From an uncultured delta proteobacterium (GTDB taxonomy: Bacteria > Desulfobacterota > Binatia > Binatales > Binataceae), in contig CAWEEQ010000004.1 in the NCBI GenBank assembly GCA_963808235.1, positions 2,976,001 through 3,040,000 of the forward strand: a stretch of 64,000 bases of DNA, written 5' to 3'. Shown piece after piece: positions 21,886 through 36,944 of this stretch. The position numbers were made by a program, and so were the translations under genes. Position 1 is the first letter of the stretch. Each line of letters begins with the position of its first letter. The notes beneath the pieces were generated by a model. That model was not told the origin of the DNA, searched no databases, and worked only from the letters and a program-made list of their open reading frames with translations.

Positions 21886-23319
21886 ATGAACGCAATCGAC
21901 GGAAATCTACTTGGCGAACTTCGCACGATTCTCGGCAGCGACGGAATCGTTTCGCATGCAACCGAACTGAAGGTGTACGAGTGCGACGGATGGACCGTCG
22001 AGAAAAGCATCCCCGACGTGCTGCTTCTGCCGCGCTCGACGACGCAGGTGAGCGCGGTGCTCGCGGCGCTGCATCGGCGCGGCGTCGCATTCGTTCCGCG
22101 CGGCGCGGGCACCGGGCTTTCAGGTGGATGTCTGCCGTTGAATGCGCCCGCAATGATCTGCACATCAAAAATGAATCGGATTCTGGAAATCGACTGCGAT
22201 AACCGGCGCGTCGAAGTTGAGAGCGGCGTTGTTAATCTGCATGTGACCAACGCGGTCAAAGCGAATGGCTTTTTCTACGCACCCGATCCATCGTCACAGG
22301 TGGCCTGCACCATCGGCGGAAACATTGCGGAGAATTCCGGCGGTCCGCATACGCTCAAGTACGGCGTCACGACCAATCATGTGCTGGCGCTCGAAGTCGT
22401 TCTGCCAGACGGCAAAGTTGTCGAGCTCGGAGGATCGGCAGAGGAGCGATGCGGTTACGATCTGGTCGGTGCGGTCGTCGGCGCGGAGGGCACCACTGGA
22501 ATTGTCACGCACGCAACTCTGAAGCTCATGCGCGAGCCGGAGAATCATCGCACGCTGCTCGCTTCATTTCCCGATGTGGACAGCGCGACGCGCACGGTGT
22601 CGACAATAATCGCGTCGGGCATCGTGCCGGCCGCGGTCGAAATGATGGATCAACTGATCATCCGCGCGGTCGAAGAGGCATTTCATGTCGGTCTGCCGGC
22701 TGACGCTGGCGCGGTGCTGATCATCGAACTCGATGGACTCGAAGCCGGGCTCACCGCATCCGCTGACGCAGTTGCGAACATGGCGACGGCGAGCGGGGCG
22801 ATGTCGGTCAAGCTCGCACGCGATGAGTCGGAACGTGCGGCGCTGTGGAAGGCGCGCAAACGCGCGTTCGGGGCGGTTGGTCGCCTCGCGCCAAATTATG
22901 CGACCCAGGACGGCGTCGTGCCGCGCACCTGCCTGCCACAAATCCTGCGCGTGATTAGCGATGTGAGCCGCCGCTACGATTTGCGCATCGGCAACGTCTT
23001 TCATGCCGGCGACGGGAACCTGCATCCGATCATCCTTTACGACGAGCGCGAACCGGGCCAGGTCCGCCGCGCGATCGATGCTGGACGCGAGATCCTCAAG
23101 GCCTGCATCGAGATGGGCGGCAGCCTTACTGGCGAGCATGGAATCGGCGTCGAAAAACTTGGCGAGATGCCGCTGATGTTTTCGCCCGACGACATTCGCG
23201 TGATGACTGAGTTGCGTCACGTCTTCGATCCGATGGATCACTCGAATCCCGGCAAGGTCATTCCCACGCCCGGCGCCTGCGTTGAGGTCGCGTCGCCGCG
23301 ACGCCAGGTCCCGATCTAG
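21886..23319 (+). CDS. glcD: Glycolate oxidase FAD-linked subunit
   Basis: PRGAGTGLSGG, APDPSSQ..CTIGGN..ENSGG.H.LKYG, FHAGDGNLHP, GEHGIGVEK, NPGK. Confidence 0.9.
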   Translation: MNAIDGNLLGELRTILGSDGIVSHATELKVYECDGWTVEKSIPDVLLLPRSTTQVSAVLAALHRRGVAFVPRGAGTGLSGGCLPLNAPAMICTSKMNRILEIDCDNRRVEVESGVVNLHVTNAVKANGFFYAPDPSSQVACTIGGNIAENSGGPHTLKYGVTTNHVLALEVVLPDGKVVELGGSAEERCGYDLVGAVVGAEGTTGIVTHATLKLMREPENHRTLLASFPDVDSATRTVSTIIASGIVPAAVEMMDQLIIRAVEEAFHVGLPADAGAVLIIELDGLEAGLTASADAVANMATASGAMSVKLARDESERAALWKARKRAFGAVGRLAPNYATQDGVVPRTCLPQILRVISDVSRRYDLRIGNVFHAGDGNLHPIILYDEREPGQVRRAIDAGREILKACIEMGGSLTGEHGIGVEKLGEMPLMFSPDDIRVMTELRHVFDPMDHSNPGKVIPTPGACVEVASPRRQVPI

Positions 23320-23340
23320 GCGGCCCGGTTCGCGATTATC

Positions 23341-24605
23341 GTGGCCGTCACTTCGACTTCAGAACTGGCAAACCGGCTCACAGAGCTGGTCGACGCCGAT
23401 CACGTTCGCGAGCCGATCGACGCCGAGCGAGCCGCCGCAAATGTGATCATCGAGCCAACCAGCGTCGAAGAAATTTGCGAAGTTGTTCGGATGTGCGAGA
23501 TCGATCGGATCACGCTCGCCGCGCTGGGAAGTGCACGCACGCTATCGCAAATTCGGCCGTCACCTGTCTCGCTCGGCGTATCGCTCAAACGCATCGCACG
23601 AATCGTGGCGCACGAGCCCGACGACATGACGGTTGTCGCCGAAGCGGGACTCACGGTTGGCGAACTGAACAATGCGGTGGCGCCGGCAGGCCAACGGCTT
23701 CCCGTCGATCCGGGCGATCCCGGCCTGACCACGCTCGGATCGTTGATTGGCGCATCGCATTCCGGACCGCTTCGCCTTTCGGAAGGGACCTCGCGCGACT
23801 TGCTGATCGGAATTCGATTCGTCGGTCATGGCGGCAGGCAAATTCACGGCGGCGGACGAGTAGTCAAAAATGTCGCGGGTTATGATTTGATGAAAGTGAT
23901 GGGCGGATCATTCGGAACACTCGGCATCATAACCGAGGCGACGTTTAAAGTGCGCCCGATACCGGCGCGGTACAGTCTCGCGATCATGTCGTACCAGCAC
24001 GCCTCCGACGCGTTCGCGGCCGCGCACATACTCAACGATGCTCTCCCGCTAAGTCATCTTGAGATCCTGAGTTCAGCTCTAGCGGAGCGATTCGAGGCGC
24101 CCGGCGAATTTCTTCTGCTCGCCGGATTGTCGGGAAGTTCGCTTGAGATCACTTACCAGGCCGGAAGAGTCCGAGAACTGGCGGACGTGGGCGCCGAGAT
24201 TCTTGAGGATGAGGATGCGCTCGGAAAATATCGGCTGTTGCGCGATATCGATTTTCATTCGCGTCCGCTCTCTGCACAGATTGCCGTCGCGCCTGCGCTT
24301 CTCGCTTCAACACTCGACGAGTGTGGATGCGAATTTCGCGCGCATGCCGGTTCCGGAGTCGCGCAATTGTTCCTTGTTGATGAGTGTTCAGCGCAATCGC
24401 GCTCGATACGGTCGCGCGATGGCGCGAAGCTGCGCACTCGGCGCGCGGTAATCTGCGCGTCATAGCCGGTTCCGGAGCCATTCGCGGGGAGCTACGGTTT
24501 TTCGACACGCCGAACGATGGAGCTCTAGCGTTGATGCGTGGCCTCAAGACTGCATTCGATCCTGCCGGGATCTTCAACCCCGGATGCTTCGTCGGCGGAA
24601 TCTGA
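23341..24605 (+). CDS. glcE: Glycolate oxidase FAD-binding subunit, one -1 frameshift near 24399
   Basis: GGRVVKNVAGYDL..GSFGTLG; C-terminus LKTAFDPAGIFNPG lies in another frame (24384..24605); total length 3n-1. Confidence 0.85.
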
Positions 24606-25898
24606 TGGCAGACGTCGCCATATCATCGGTGCCGCTTCGCGACGTTTGCGATTACGAGTTGCTGTTCGACTGCGTTCATTGCGGACTTTGCGCCGAGGCC
24701 TGTCCAACTTACATCGCGACTCGATGCGAGATGGACTCTCCGCGCGGGCGAATCTACCTGATGAAGTCGCTAGCCGAAGGCGCGATCAAACTCGACGACG
24801 AAGCGGTCCGCCATCTCGATTTGTGTCTCGGATGTCGCGGATGCGAGACCGCATGTCCGTCGGGAGTTCATTACGGACGCCTGATCGAAGGCACGCGCGC
24901 ATTCGTCGAGCGAAACCATCGCCGCGGATTGGCCGAACGAATCAAGCGCAGCGTTATCGGCGCCATTTTTCCATATCCGCGCCGACTCCGAATGTTGCTC
25001 GCACCGCTAGCGTTCGCAGAACGCGCAGGGTTCCGACCGGCTCTCAGAGCCAGCCTGCCCGGCGCGATGCGCGACTGGTTGGACTTGCTCCCATCGCTCG
25101 GACCCGATACTCGACCGCTCGCGCCCAAACCTGTCGCCGCGCCGCGCGCCGGCGCGCAGTCGGTCGTAGTACATCGCGGATGCGTCGCGCAGGTGCTCGC
25201 AAATTCGGAGAACGTGAATAGCGAACGTCTGCTCGCAGCCGCCGGCTATCGAGTGGTTCAACTCGAACCAACCGCGTGTTGCGGAGCACTCGATCTGCAT
25301 TCCGGAAACGCCTCGCGAGCGCACGAATTTGCACGCGCGAACGTTCGAGCACTAAAGAATTCCGGCGCCGACGCAATCCTATCGGCGGCTTCGGGATGTT
25401 CGACCGCGATCTCCGAGTATGGCGAGTTGCTCAAGGACGATCCCGAGTTCGCCGAGGACGCGCGTATCGTCTCCGCCAAAGTGCGAGAACTAAGTTCGTT
25501 GCTGCTTGCGTCGCCGGTCGCCTCCTAGGTGGCGCGAGCTGCGATGCACCGTGACTTATCACGACGCGTGTCATCTTGTGCATGGACTCGGAATCCGCGA
25601 GGCGCCGAGAAAATTGCTCGCGTCGATCCCAGGCGTAACGATCTTCGAGATGACAGAATCCGATCTCTGTTGCGGCTCTGCGGGATCATACAACCTGACC
25701 GAGCCAAAGATGGCGCGGGATTTGGCGCGCCGCAAAACCGACAACATTCTGAATACCGGCGCGGATTACGTCGTGCTCGCAAATCCCGGATGCGAGTTTC
25801 AGATCGCGGCGGAATTGCGCCGGCGTGGCTCGAAGACGAGGGTCGTGCATCTCGCGGATTTTCTTGCGATGGCGTCGCGTGGTGATTCGATTCGATGA
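24605..25898 (+). CDS. glcF: Glycolate oxidase iron-sulfur subunit, one +1 frameshift near 25517
   Basis: CVHCGLC...CP and CLGCRGC...CP ferredoxin motifs; CCG domains; YHDACHL and CCGSAGSYN continue in the next frame. Confidence 0.87.
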
Positions 25899-25904
25899 GC
25901 ATTC

Positions 25905-26501
25905 ATGCCGCACGAAATCAAGCTCTACTTCGCGTACACCAGTCCCTACTCGTACCTGGCGATGCAACCCGCTTATGATCTCGAGCGTTCGCATCGCGTG
26001 CGGATACGATTCATCCCCTACGGAATAAACATCCGCAACGTCTATGGTCCGCTCGACAGTGCTGACGCGGATCGGCGCAAGGTCCGCTACCTGTATATAG
26101 ACGCGCGTCGGATCGCGAAGGACCGAGGGCTCATCATCTACCCGCCGAAAAAGATTTTCAGCGCGCGGCTGGCGTTCTACGGCGGCCTTTACGCCGAACG
26201 ACATGGACAGTTCCGCGCTTACTCAGATCGCGTGTTCGAGCGCTTTTGGAAACAAGAGCTCGATGTTGAAAATCGCGATTCGATTTCGGCGATCATAGCC
26301 GAGGTCGGCCTCGACGCGGCGGGATTTCTCGACTATGCCGATCGCGATGCACGGGCGGACCTGGACGCGTGCTTCGCCGAGGCCGATCGCGACAAGGTTT
26401 TCGGAGTGCCCACATTCATCGTAGACGGTGAGCCGTTCTGGGGCGAAGATCGAATCGATTGGGTGATTCGAAAGCTCGACGCAATGGGACTGCGCCGCTG
26501 A
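25905..26501 (+). CDS. DsbA-like 2-hydroxychromene-2-carboxylate isomerase / GST-kappa family
   Basis: [27 protein letters not shown]. Confidence 0.88.
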   Translation: MPHEIKLYFAYTSPYSYLAMQPAYDLERSHRVRIRFIPYGINIRNVYGPLDSADADRRKVRYLYIDARRIAKDRGLIIYPPKKIFSARLAFYGGLYAERHGQFRAYSDRVFERFWKQELDVENRDSISAIIAEVGLDAAGFLDYADRDARADLDACFAEADRDKVFGVPTFIVDGEPFWGEDRIDWVIRKLDAMGLRR

Positions 26502-26526
26502 ACTTTTCAACCGACGCTAATAAATC

Positions 26527-27972
26527 TCAGAGATCGGGACTGGTCGGCAGAAAGGTCTCGCCCATCAGGAAAGCATCGACGGCGCGCGCCGCCTCGCGCC
26601 CTTCCCATATCGCCCAGACGACCAGCGACTGTCCGCGGCGAGTATCGCCGGCGGCGAACACACCGGGCACGCTCGACATGTAGTTTCCGCACAGCACATT
26701 GCTGCGCGGATCGAGCTTGAGGCCGAGTTCCGAGACGATGCCCTCGGGCTCGGGGCCGAGAAATCCGAGCGCGAGCAGCACGAGGTCGCACTCGATCTCG
26801 AAGTCGCTGGCGGGAATTTGCTCCATCACCATGCGGCCGTTATCGTGCTTCCAGTTGAGGCGCACGCCGTGGAGTTTTTTCACGAAACCGTTTTCGCCGG
26901 AGAACTTGCTGGTGTTGATGCTCCAGTCGCGCTGGACACCCTCTTCATGTGAGCTCGAGGTGCGCATGATCATAGGCCAGTCGGGCCATGGCATCTCGGC
27001 GGTACGCTTCTCCGGCGGCATCGGGAGCAACTCGAACTGATGAACGACTTTGGCACCTTGGCGATTTGAAGTGCCGAGGCAATCGGAGCCGGTGTCGCCG
27101 CCGCCGAGAATTACAACCCGCTTTCCGTTCGCGGTGATCTCGGACGCGGGATCCAGCGCGTCGCCGAAGTTGCGCTTGTTCTGCTGCGGCAGGAATTCCA
27201 TCGCGTAGTGGATCCCCTTGAGCTCACGTCCGGGAATCGGCAGGTCGCGCGGTTTGGTCGCGCCCATCGTGAGCACGATCGCGTCGTATTTCGAGCGCAT
27301 CTCGTCGGCGTGGAGGTCGAACCCCACGCGGCAGTTGGTAACGATCTCGACGCCCTCGGCCTTCATCTGTTCGACGCGGCGATTTACGAGCCATTTCTCG
27401 AGCTTGAAATCCGGAATTCCATAGGTGAGCAGTCCCCCGACTCGATCTGACCGCTCGTAGAGAGTGACCGCATGTCCCGCGCGGGCGAGTTGCTGTGCGC
27501 ACGCCAGGCCGGCGGGACCCGATCCGACTACTGCGACCCGTTTGTTCGATTTGCGGGCCGGTATTTGCGGCGCGATCCATCCTTCGGTCCATGCATGATC
27601 GATGATGTTCTTTTCGATGAGCTTAATAGTCACCGGATCGTTGTTGATATTCAGGACGCAAGCTTCTTCGCAGGGTGCCGGGCAAATTCGGCCGGTAAAT
27701 TCGGGAAAATTGTTGGTCGAGTGAAGGCGGTCGATGGCCTCGCGCCATCTTCCGCGGTAAATCAGATCGTTCCAATCGGGTATGATATTTCCGAGCGGAC
27801 AACCCTTGTGGCAGAAGGGAATTCCGCAGTCCATACATCGCGCACCCTGAGCGCGCAGTTTCTCTTCGGGCATCTTGAGATCGAATTCGCGCCAGTCCTT
27901 GAGGCGTTCCCCGACGGGACGCCGCGAGGGAGTCTCGCGCTGAATCTCCATGAAGCCCGTAATCTTGCCCAT
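26527..27972 (-). CDS. gltD: Glutamate synthase small subunit
   Basis: [58 protein letters not shown]. Confidence 0.97.
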   Translation of the reverse strand: MGKITGFMEIQRETPSRRPVGERLKDWREFDLKMPEEKLRAQGARCMDCGIPFCHKGCPLGNIIPDWNDLIYRGRWREAIDRLHSTNNFPEFTGRICPAPCEEACVLNINNDPVTIKLIEKNIIDHAWTEGWIAPQIPARKSNKRVAVVGSGPAGLACAQQLARAGHAVTLYERSDRVGGLLTYGIPDFKLEKWLVNRRVEQMKAEGVEIVTNCRVGFDLHADEMRSKYDAIVLTMGATKPRDLPIPGRELKGIHYAMEFLPQQNKRNFGDALDPASEITANGKRVVILGGGDTGSDCLGTSNRQGAKVVHQFELLPMPPEKRTAEMPWPDWPMIMRTSSSHEEGVQRDWSINTSKFSGENGFVKKLHGVRLNWKHDNGRMVMEQIPASDFEIECDLVLLALGFLGPEPEGIVSELGLKLDPRSNVLCGNYMSSVPGVFAAGDTRRGQSLVVWAIWEGREAARAVDAFLMGETFLPTSPDL

Positions 27973-28044
27973 CGAAACCGCGATCTCCAGTCAGCTCTGG
28001 CTAGTAAGTCTATTAGTCAGTCGATTACTCATTGCGCATCTTGA

Positions 28045-32606
<4,562 letters not shown>

Positions 32607-32607
<1 letters not shown>

Positions 32608-33167
32608 TACCCCCGTCTCAGATCGGGGAGCGCTGATTTCGCCGACGCGTGACGACTCCGCTTGCCGTTGGACGAATTCTCCGCGTCGCCGTTGGCATGC
32701 ACCGAGATCAGTCCGCGCTCGGTATGCGTCGAGAGCACGACCATCGTCTCGGTCCGCGACACTCCCTCGATCGAACGGATCGTGCTGATCAACCGTTCGA
32801 GCGACGAAGTGTTGTCGGTTTTGATTTTCAGCATCAGCGTGTGCTGCCCGGTGACGTGATGGCATTCGAGTACGTCTTCGAGCATCGCGACGGTCTCTTC
32901 GAAGAGCGCAATTGTTTTCGGATGGGAAATCGAAACGCCGATGAACGCGGTCACGTCCTTGCCGAGCCGGCTCGCGTCGACCGACGCGTGGTAGCCGGTG
33001 ATGATCGCGCTGTCCTCGAGTTTCTTGACGCGCTCGTTGACCGACGGCGCGGAGAGGCCGACCTGGTCTCCGAGTTTGACCAACGGGATGCGCCCGTGCT
33101 CCTGCAGGAGGTTAATAATCTGCAGGTCAATAGCGTCGAGTTCGGGGGAATCTCCACCGAATTTCAT
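32607..33167 (-). CDS. Lrp/AsnC family transcriptional regulator
   Basis: LDAIDLQII..LQ..GR..L...VGLSAPSV.ERVKKLE HTH, ECHHVTG; its stop overlaps the gltB start (TAATG). Confidence 0.94.
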
Positions 33168-33193
33168 AAGGTTATCCTCGTGGGGTGACGACG

Positions 33194-33222
33194 AACTTAG
33201 TAGGGAAACAGAATTGTGTCAA
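33194..33222 (-). promoter_or_regulatory. Putative sigma-70 promoter for lrp-gltBD
   Basis: Minus strand TTGACA-N17-TAAGTT about 30 bp upstream of the lrp start, in AT-rich DNA. Confidence 0.5.
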
Positions 33223-33443
33223 GTGTTTATAAGGTGATAGCCAAATAAAACAGTTGTTTATGAAAATCCCGTGTCACTCTACCGATGAACTTTAGGCAGG
33301 AAGGCTCCACTGCCATTTACTCGACATGCGAATCGGGTCGGCAAGTTTCTATGGCACTAGTGCGAACGAAAACCAGCCGAACATTAGGAAACGGAGGAAC
33401 GGGGCTATTTTCTGAGCGTATCGTCAAGCCGCGCGCACGAGTG

Positions 33444-34877
33444 TTACGAATGCGGATATGCGTCGCTGCCCATTTCCAGCGCGTCGAGTCCCGACCATTC
33501 CACTTCGACCAGCACGCGGTTGCCGATCGTTCGCTCTATGATCATGAAGAACAGCATCGCGAGGCCGAACACGACGATCAGGTTGACCGTGACGCCAATC
33601 AATTGCGCGAAGAATTGCCCCGGGTCGCCGTAGAGAATGCCGCGCACCGGACCGGCCACGCCGTTCCATCCGTCCCCGTAGGTTCCGTCGGCAAATAGTC
33701 CGAGTGCGAGTGCTCCCCAGATTCCGCACGCGCCGTGCACCGCGATCGCTCCGACCGGATCGTCGATGCGAAGCCGGCGCTCGAGCTCGATCACTGTCCA
33801 GACAACGATGAGGCCGGCGACGACGCCGATCAGTACCGCGGCCGCGGGCGTGACGAATGCGCACGGCGCCGTTATCGCGACTAGTCCGCCGAGCAAGCCG
33901 TTGGATGCCATCGCGATGTCGGGTTTGTTGAATCGATGCCACAGATAGAGCAGCGCTGCGAGTGCGCCGGCCGCCGAGGAGAGCATCGTGTTCACCGCGA
34001 TGATCGCGATACGGGGATCTGACGCGGCCAGAGTCGAGCCGCAGTTGAAGCCGAACCATCCGAAGGCGAGAATCAGCGTTCCGCTCACGGCCATCGGCAG
34101 ATTGTGTCCCGGCAGCGCGCCGATCGCGCCGTCGCGGCGGAACTTTCCGATTCGCGGTCCCACCATGTACGCGCCCGCCAGCGCGGTCACGCCGCCGGTC
34201 ATGTGCACCACTGAAGATCCGGCGAAATCAAGATGGCCATGTCCAAGTCCGAGATTCATGCCGAGCTGAGAGAGCCATCCGCCGCCCCATACCCAGTTTG
34301 CGTAAAGCGGGTACAGAAACATCGACATGAACAGCCCGTAAACGAAGAACGCTTTGAACTTCCATCGCTCCGCCATCGCGCCGGTCGGAATCGTCGCCGC
34401 GGTATCCATGAAGACCAGCGAGAACAGGAACATGCCGAGGCTGCCAGGATCGCGGCTCACATTGAGCAGCGCGAACTTGCTGAAGCCCAGAATCCCGTAG
34501 GAGTGCGACCCGATCGTAATGGAAAGTTCGCGATGCCCGATTGCGCTACTGCCCAGCGAAGGCCAATGCGCGACCCCGCCCATCATGAATGCGTATCCAG
34601 TCAGCCAGAATCCGATGATGCCGATCGGATAGATGATCAGATTCATCGCCATGGTGTTGACCGCGTTCTTCGAGCGGGTGAATCCCGTCTCCACCATCGC
34701 GAATCCGAGCTGCATGAACATCACGAGGAAGCCCGCGACCAGCAGCCATGCGAGGTTGAGCGAGTTGTCCAGCGGCGGCGACGACGCGGCGGTCTGCGCG
34801 CGCGCCGACGACGAAAATAAGATCACCACGGCGAAAGCGGCGGCGCCAAATACGAGATGCGTTCGTCTGGGAATCAT
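33444..34877 (-). CDS. amt: Ammonium transporter (Amt/Mep), copy 2
   Basis: FMQLGFAMVETG, DFAGSSVVH, GWFGFN.GS, NGLLGGLVAITA, DDPVGAIAVHG, E..GLD; ATG at 34877 overlaps the kinase stop (ATGA). Confidence 0.95.
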   Translation of the reverse strand: MIPRRTHLVFGAAAFAVVILFSSSARAQTAASSPPLDNSLNLAWLLVAGFLVMFMQLGFAMVETGFTRSKNAVNTMAMNLIIYPIGIIGFWLTGYAFMMGGVAHWPSLGSSAIGHRELSITIGSHSYGILGFSKFALLNVSRDPGSLGMFLFSLVFMDTAATIPTGAMAERWKFKAFFVYGLFMSMFLYPLYANWVWGGGWLSQLGMNLGLGHGHLDFAGSSVVHMTGGVTALAGAYMVGPRIGKFRRDGAIGALPGHNLPMAVSGTLILAFGWFGFNCGSTLAASDPRIAIIAVNTMLSSAAGALAALLYLWHRFNKPDIAMASNGLLGGLVAITAPCAFVTPAAAVLIGVVAGLIVVWTVIELERRLRIDDPVGAIAVHGACGIWGALALGLFADGTYGDGWNGVAGPVRGILYGDPGQFFAQLIGVTVNLIVVFGLAMLFFMIIERTIGNRVLVEVEWSGLDALEMGSDAYPHS

Positions 34878-35890
34878 CTCAACTGACCTCGGTAAGACCG
34901 GCGCGCCGGAGTTGACGCAGCCGGGTAACGGTTGGCGAGCCAAATCAAAAAAATGAAAATTCCGATCAGCGAGCTGAAGAAGAGCCCGTATACAATCCCG
35001 CGCCGCACTCGTTGCATCGCGAGACTGCGCGGATGCAAGTGCTTCGCGCGGCCCTTGGGCACGACCCGCGAGGGATCGCGAAGATCCTCGAGCATTTCCT
35101 GGGCGCTCGCGTAGCGGTCACGCGGTGCGCGCTCGATCGCATGCAGGATGATCTCTTCGAGATGCGGATCGATATCCGGCTTGAATGCGCTCGGCGGCTG
35201 CGGATCCTCCGCGGTCTTCGAGCGCATCACGTTGTACACGTTGGGACCCGAGTAAGGCAGATTGCCGGTCAGCATCTCGTAGAGGATCACGCCGAGCGAA
35301 TAGATGTCGGTGCGAACGTCGCCGCGCCGCCCGCTGACCTGCTCCGGCGCCATGTAGTCCGGGGTTCCGATCGTCGAGGAAAGACCGGACCAGGTGAGCC
35401 GCCGCGCCGATTCGTCGAGCGCGATTCCGAAGTCCATGATTTTCGTCTTGCCCTCGGCCGTGATGAGCACGTTCTCCGGTTTCAAGTCGCGATGCACCAC
35501 GCGCTCGCCGTGCATGTACACGAGCGTCTCGCAAATCTGGCACGCAATATCGAGCGCCTTTGCGGTCGGTAACCCGCCGGCTTCGCGCATCGTGGCGCGC
35601 AGCGAATCACCTTCGATGTACTCCATCGCGATGTACATCCGGCTCTTGCGCCGAGGTTTGAGCACCTTGACGATCCCGGGATGGTTGAGGCGCTGCCCGA
35701 CTTCTTCTTCGCGTTGGAAGCGGCCGTAGAAAACAACGTCGCTCTCGAACTGCATGTAGGGAACTTTTATCGCGACGGTTGCGCCGCCGATCTGATCGAT
35801 AGCCTTGAAGATCGACGCCATTCCGCTGCGCGCGATCACCTCGGTCAGTTTGTACTGATCGAGGCTTTCACCGACGCTGACCTCGCGCAT
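34874..35890 (-). CDS. Hanks-type Ser/Thr protein kinase with a C-terminal TM anchor
   Basis: VAIK, HRDLKPEN, DFG, GTPDYMAPE, DIYSLG; atypical P-loop ARSGMA; TM GIVYGLFFSSLIGIFIFLIWL. Confidence 0.95.
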   Translation of the reverse strand: MREVSVGESLDQYKLTEVIARSGMASIFKAIDQIGGATVAIKVPYMQFESDVVFYGRFQREEEVGQRLNHPGIVKVLKPRRKSRMYIAMEYIEGDSLRATMREAGGLPTAKALDIACQICETLVYMHGERVVHRDLKPENVLITAEGKTKIMDFGIALDESARRLTWSGLSSTIGTPDYMAPEQVSGRRGDVRTDIYSLGVILYEMLTGNLPYSGPNVYNVMRSKTAEDPQPPSAFKPDIDPHLEEIILHAIERAPRDRYASAQEMLEDLRDPSRVVPKGRAKHLHPRSLAMQRVRRGIVYGLFFSSLIGIFIFLIWLANRYPAASTPARRSYRGQLR

Positions 35891-35985
35891 GTTTGGGGCC
35901 GTCCGGGAAGAAGAGGCGGTTAGCGCAGGCTAACATCGCGCGGACTCGGCAGGCAATGCGGACGCGGTCGAAATCCCGCGTCGCT

Positions 35986-36813
35986 TCATCGCCCGAATAG
36001 TCCGCGCAGTCGCTCCCGCCATCCGCCGGTCGACGCCGTATGGCCGGTCGGCGCCGTCATTTTGAAAATCGCGCAAGTCAGGTTGTCCGCGGTTCCGCGC
36101 TGATTTGCTGCCTCGACCAGCTTGCGGCATCCGGTTTCGGCGTCGCAGTCGCGAGTCAGCGCTTCCAGCTGGTCGGGCTCGATCACGTTGTAGAGTCCGT
36201 CGCTGCACAGGATCAGGCGATCGCGTTCGACGAGCGGCATCGAGATCCTATCGATCGAAACGATCAGCTCGTGACCGAGACTTCGCAGCAACATCCCGCG
36301 TTCCGGATGATCCTTGGCCCGCGCCGCGGACATCAGACCCATGCGGACGCGGTCGGCGACCATGGTGTGGTCCTTGGTTATCTGGGTGAGATGGCTGTTG
36401 CGGATCAGATGCAAGCGGCAATCTCCGACGTGCACCGCGGAGAGAATCCCCTTATCGACTGCGACCGCAGTCAGCGTCGTCGCCATCCGGCACAATTCGG
36501 GTACGATCAGCGCCTTGTCATGAATCTCGATATTTGCGCGCTGGACCGCGCGATGGAGCCGCTTCGATGCTCCCCACTCGACCGGGCTTTCGCGAAAAGC
36601 CTCGAGCGTGACATCGATTGCGATGCGGCTCGCAATTTCGCCGCCCTCATATCCGCCAACCCCGTCGGCAATCGCGAATACGGCCGAGTCCGCATTCTCG
36701 ACAAAGTGCCCGCAGGAATCTTCGTTATTGCGTCGCTTGGTACCAATGTCGGATAGCAGCGCCAAATCGAAGGCCTGCTCGATGGAAGGCGGAGCGGCGG
36801 GCAAAGGTTCCAT
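35986..36813 (-). CDS. PP2C/PPM-family Ser/Thr phosphatase
   Basis: RRNNED, ADGVGG, HVGDCR, LCSDGL, GTADN. Confidence 0.95.
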   Translation of the reverse strand: MEPLPAAPPSIEQAFDLALLSDIGTKRRNNEDSCGHFVENADSAVFAIADGVGGYEGGEIASRIAIDVTLEAFRESPVEWGASKRLHRAVQRANIEIHDKALIVPELCRMATTLTAVAVDKGILSAVHVGDCRLHLIRNSHLTQITKDHTMVADRVRMGLMSAARAKDHPERGMLLRSLGHELIVSIDRISMPLVERDRLILCSDGLYNVIEPDQLEALTRDCDAETGCRKLVEAANQRGTADNLTCAIFKMTAPTGHTASTGGWRERLRGLFGR

Positions 36814-36944
36814 TGTCAATCAGCTTACCCGGAGATCGCGTGCTCAGGAAAATTCGGTCCACTTTGAAAATGGCCAAGGGCGGGCCGCGATCGCTCGCGG
36901 CTCGCCCATGGAATTATTCGCCAATCCAGCTTGAGTTTCGGGTA

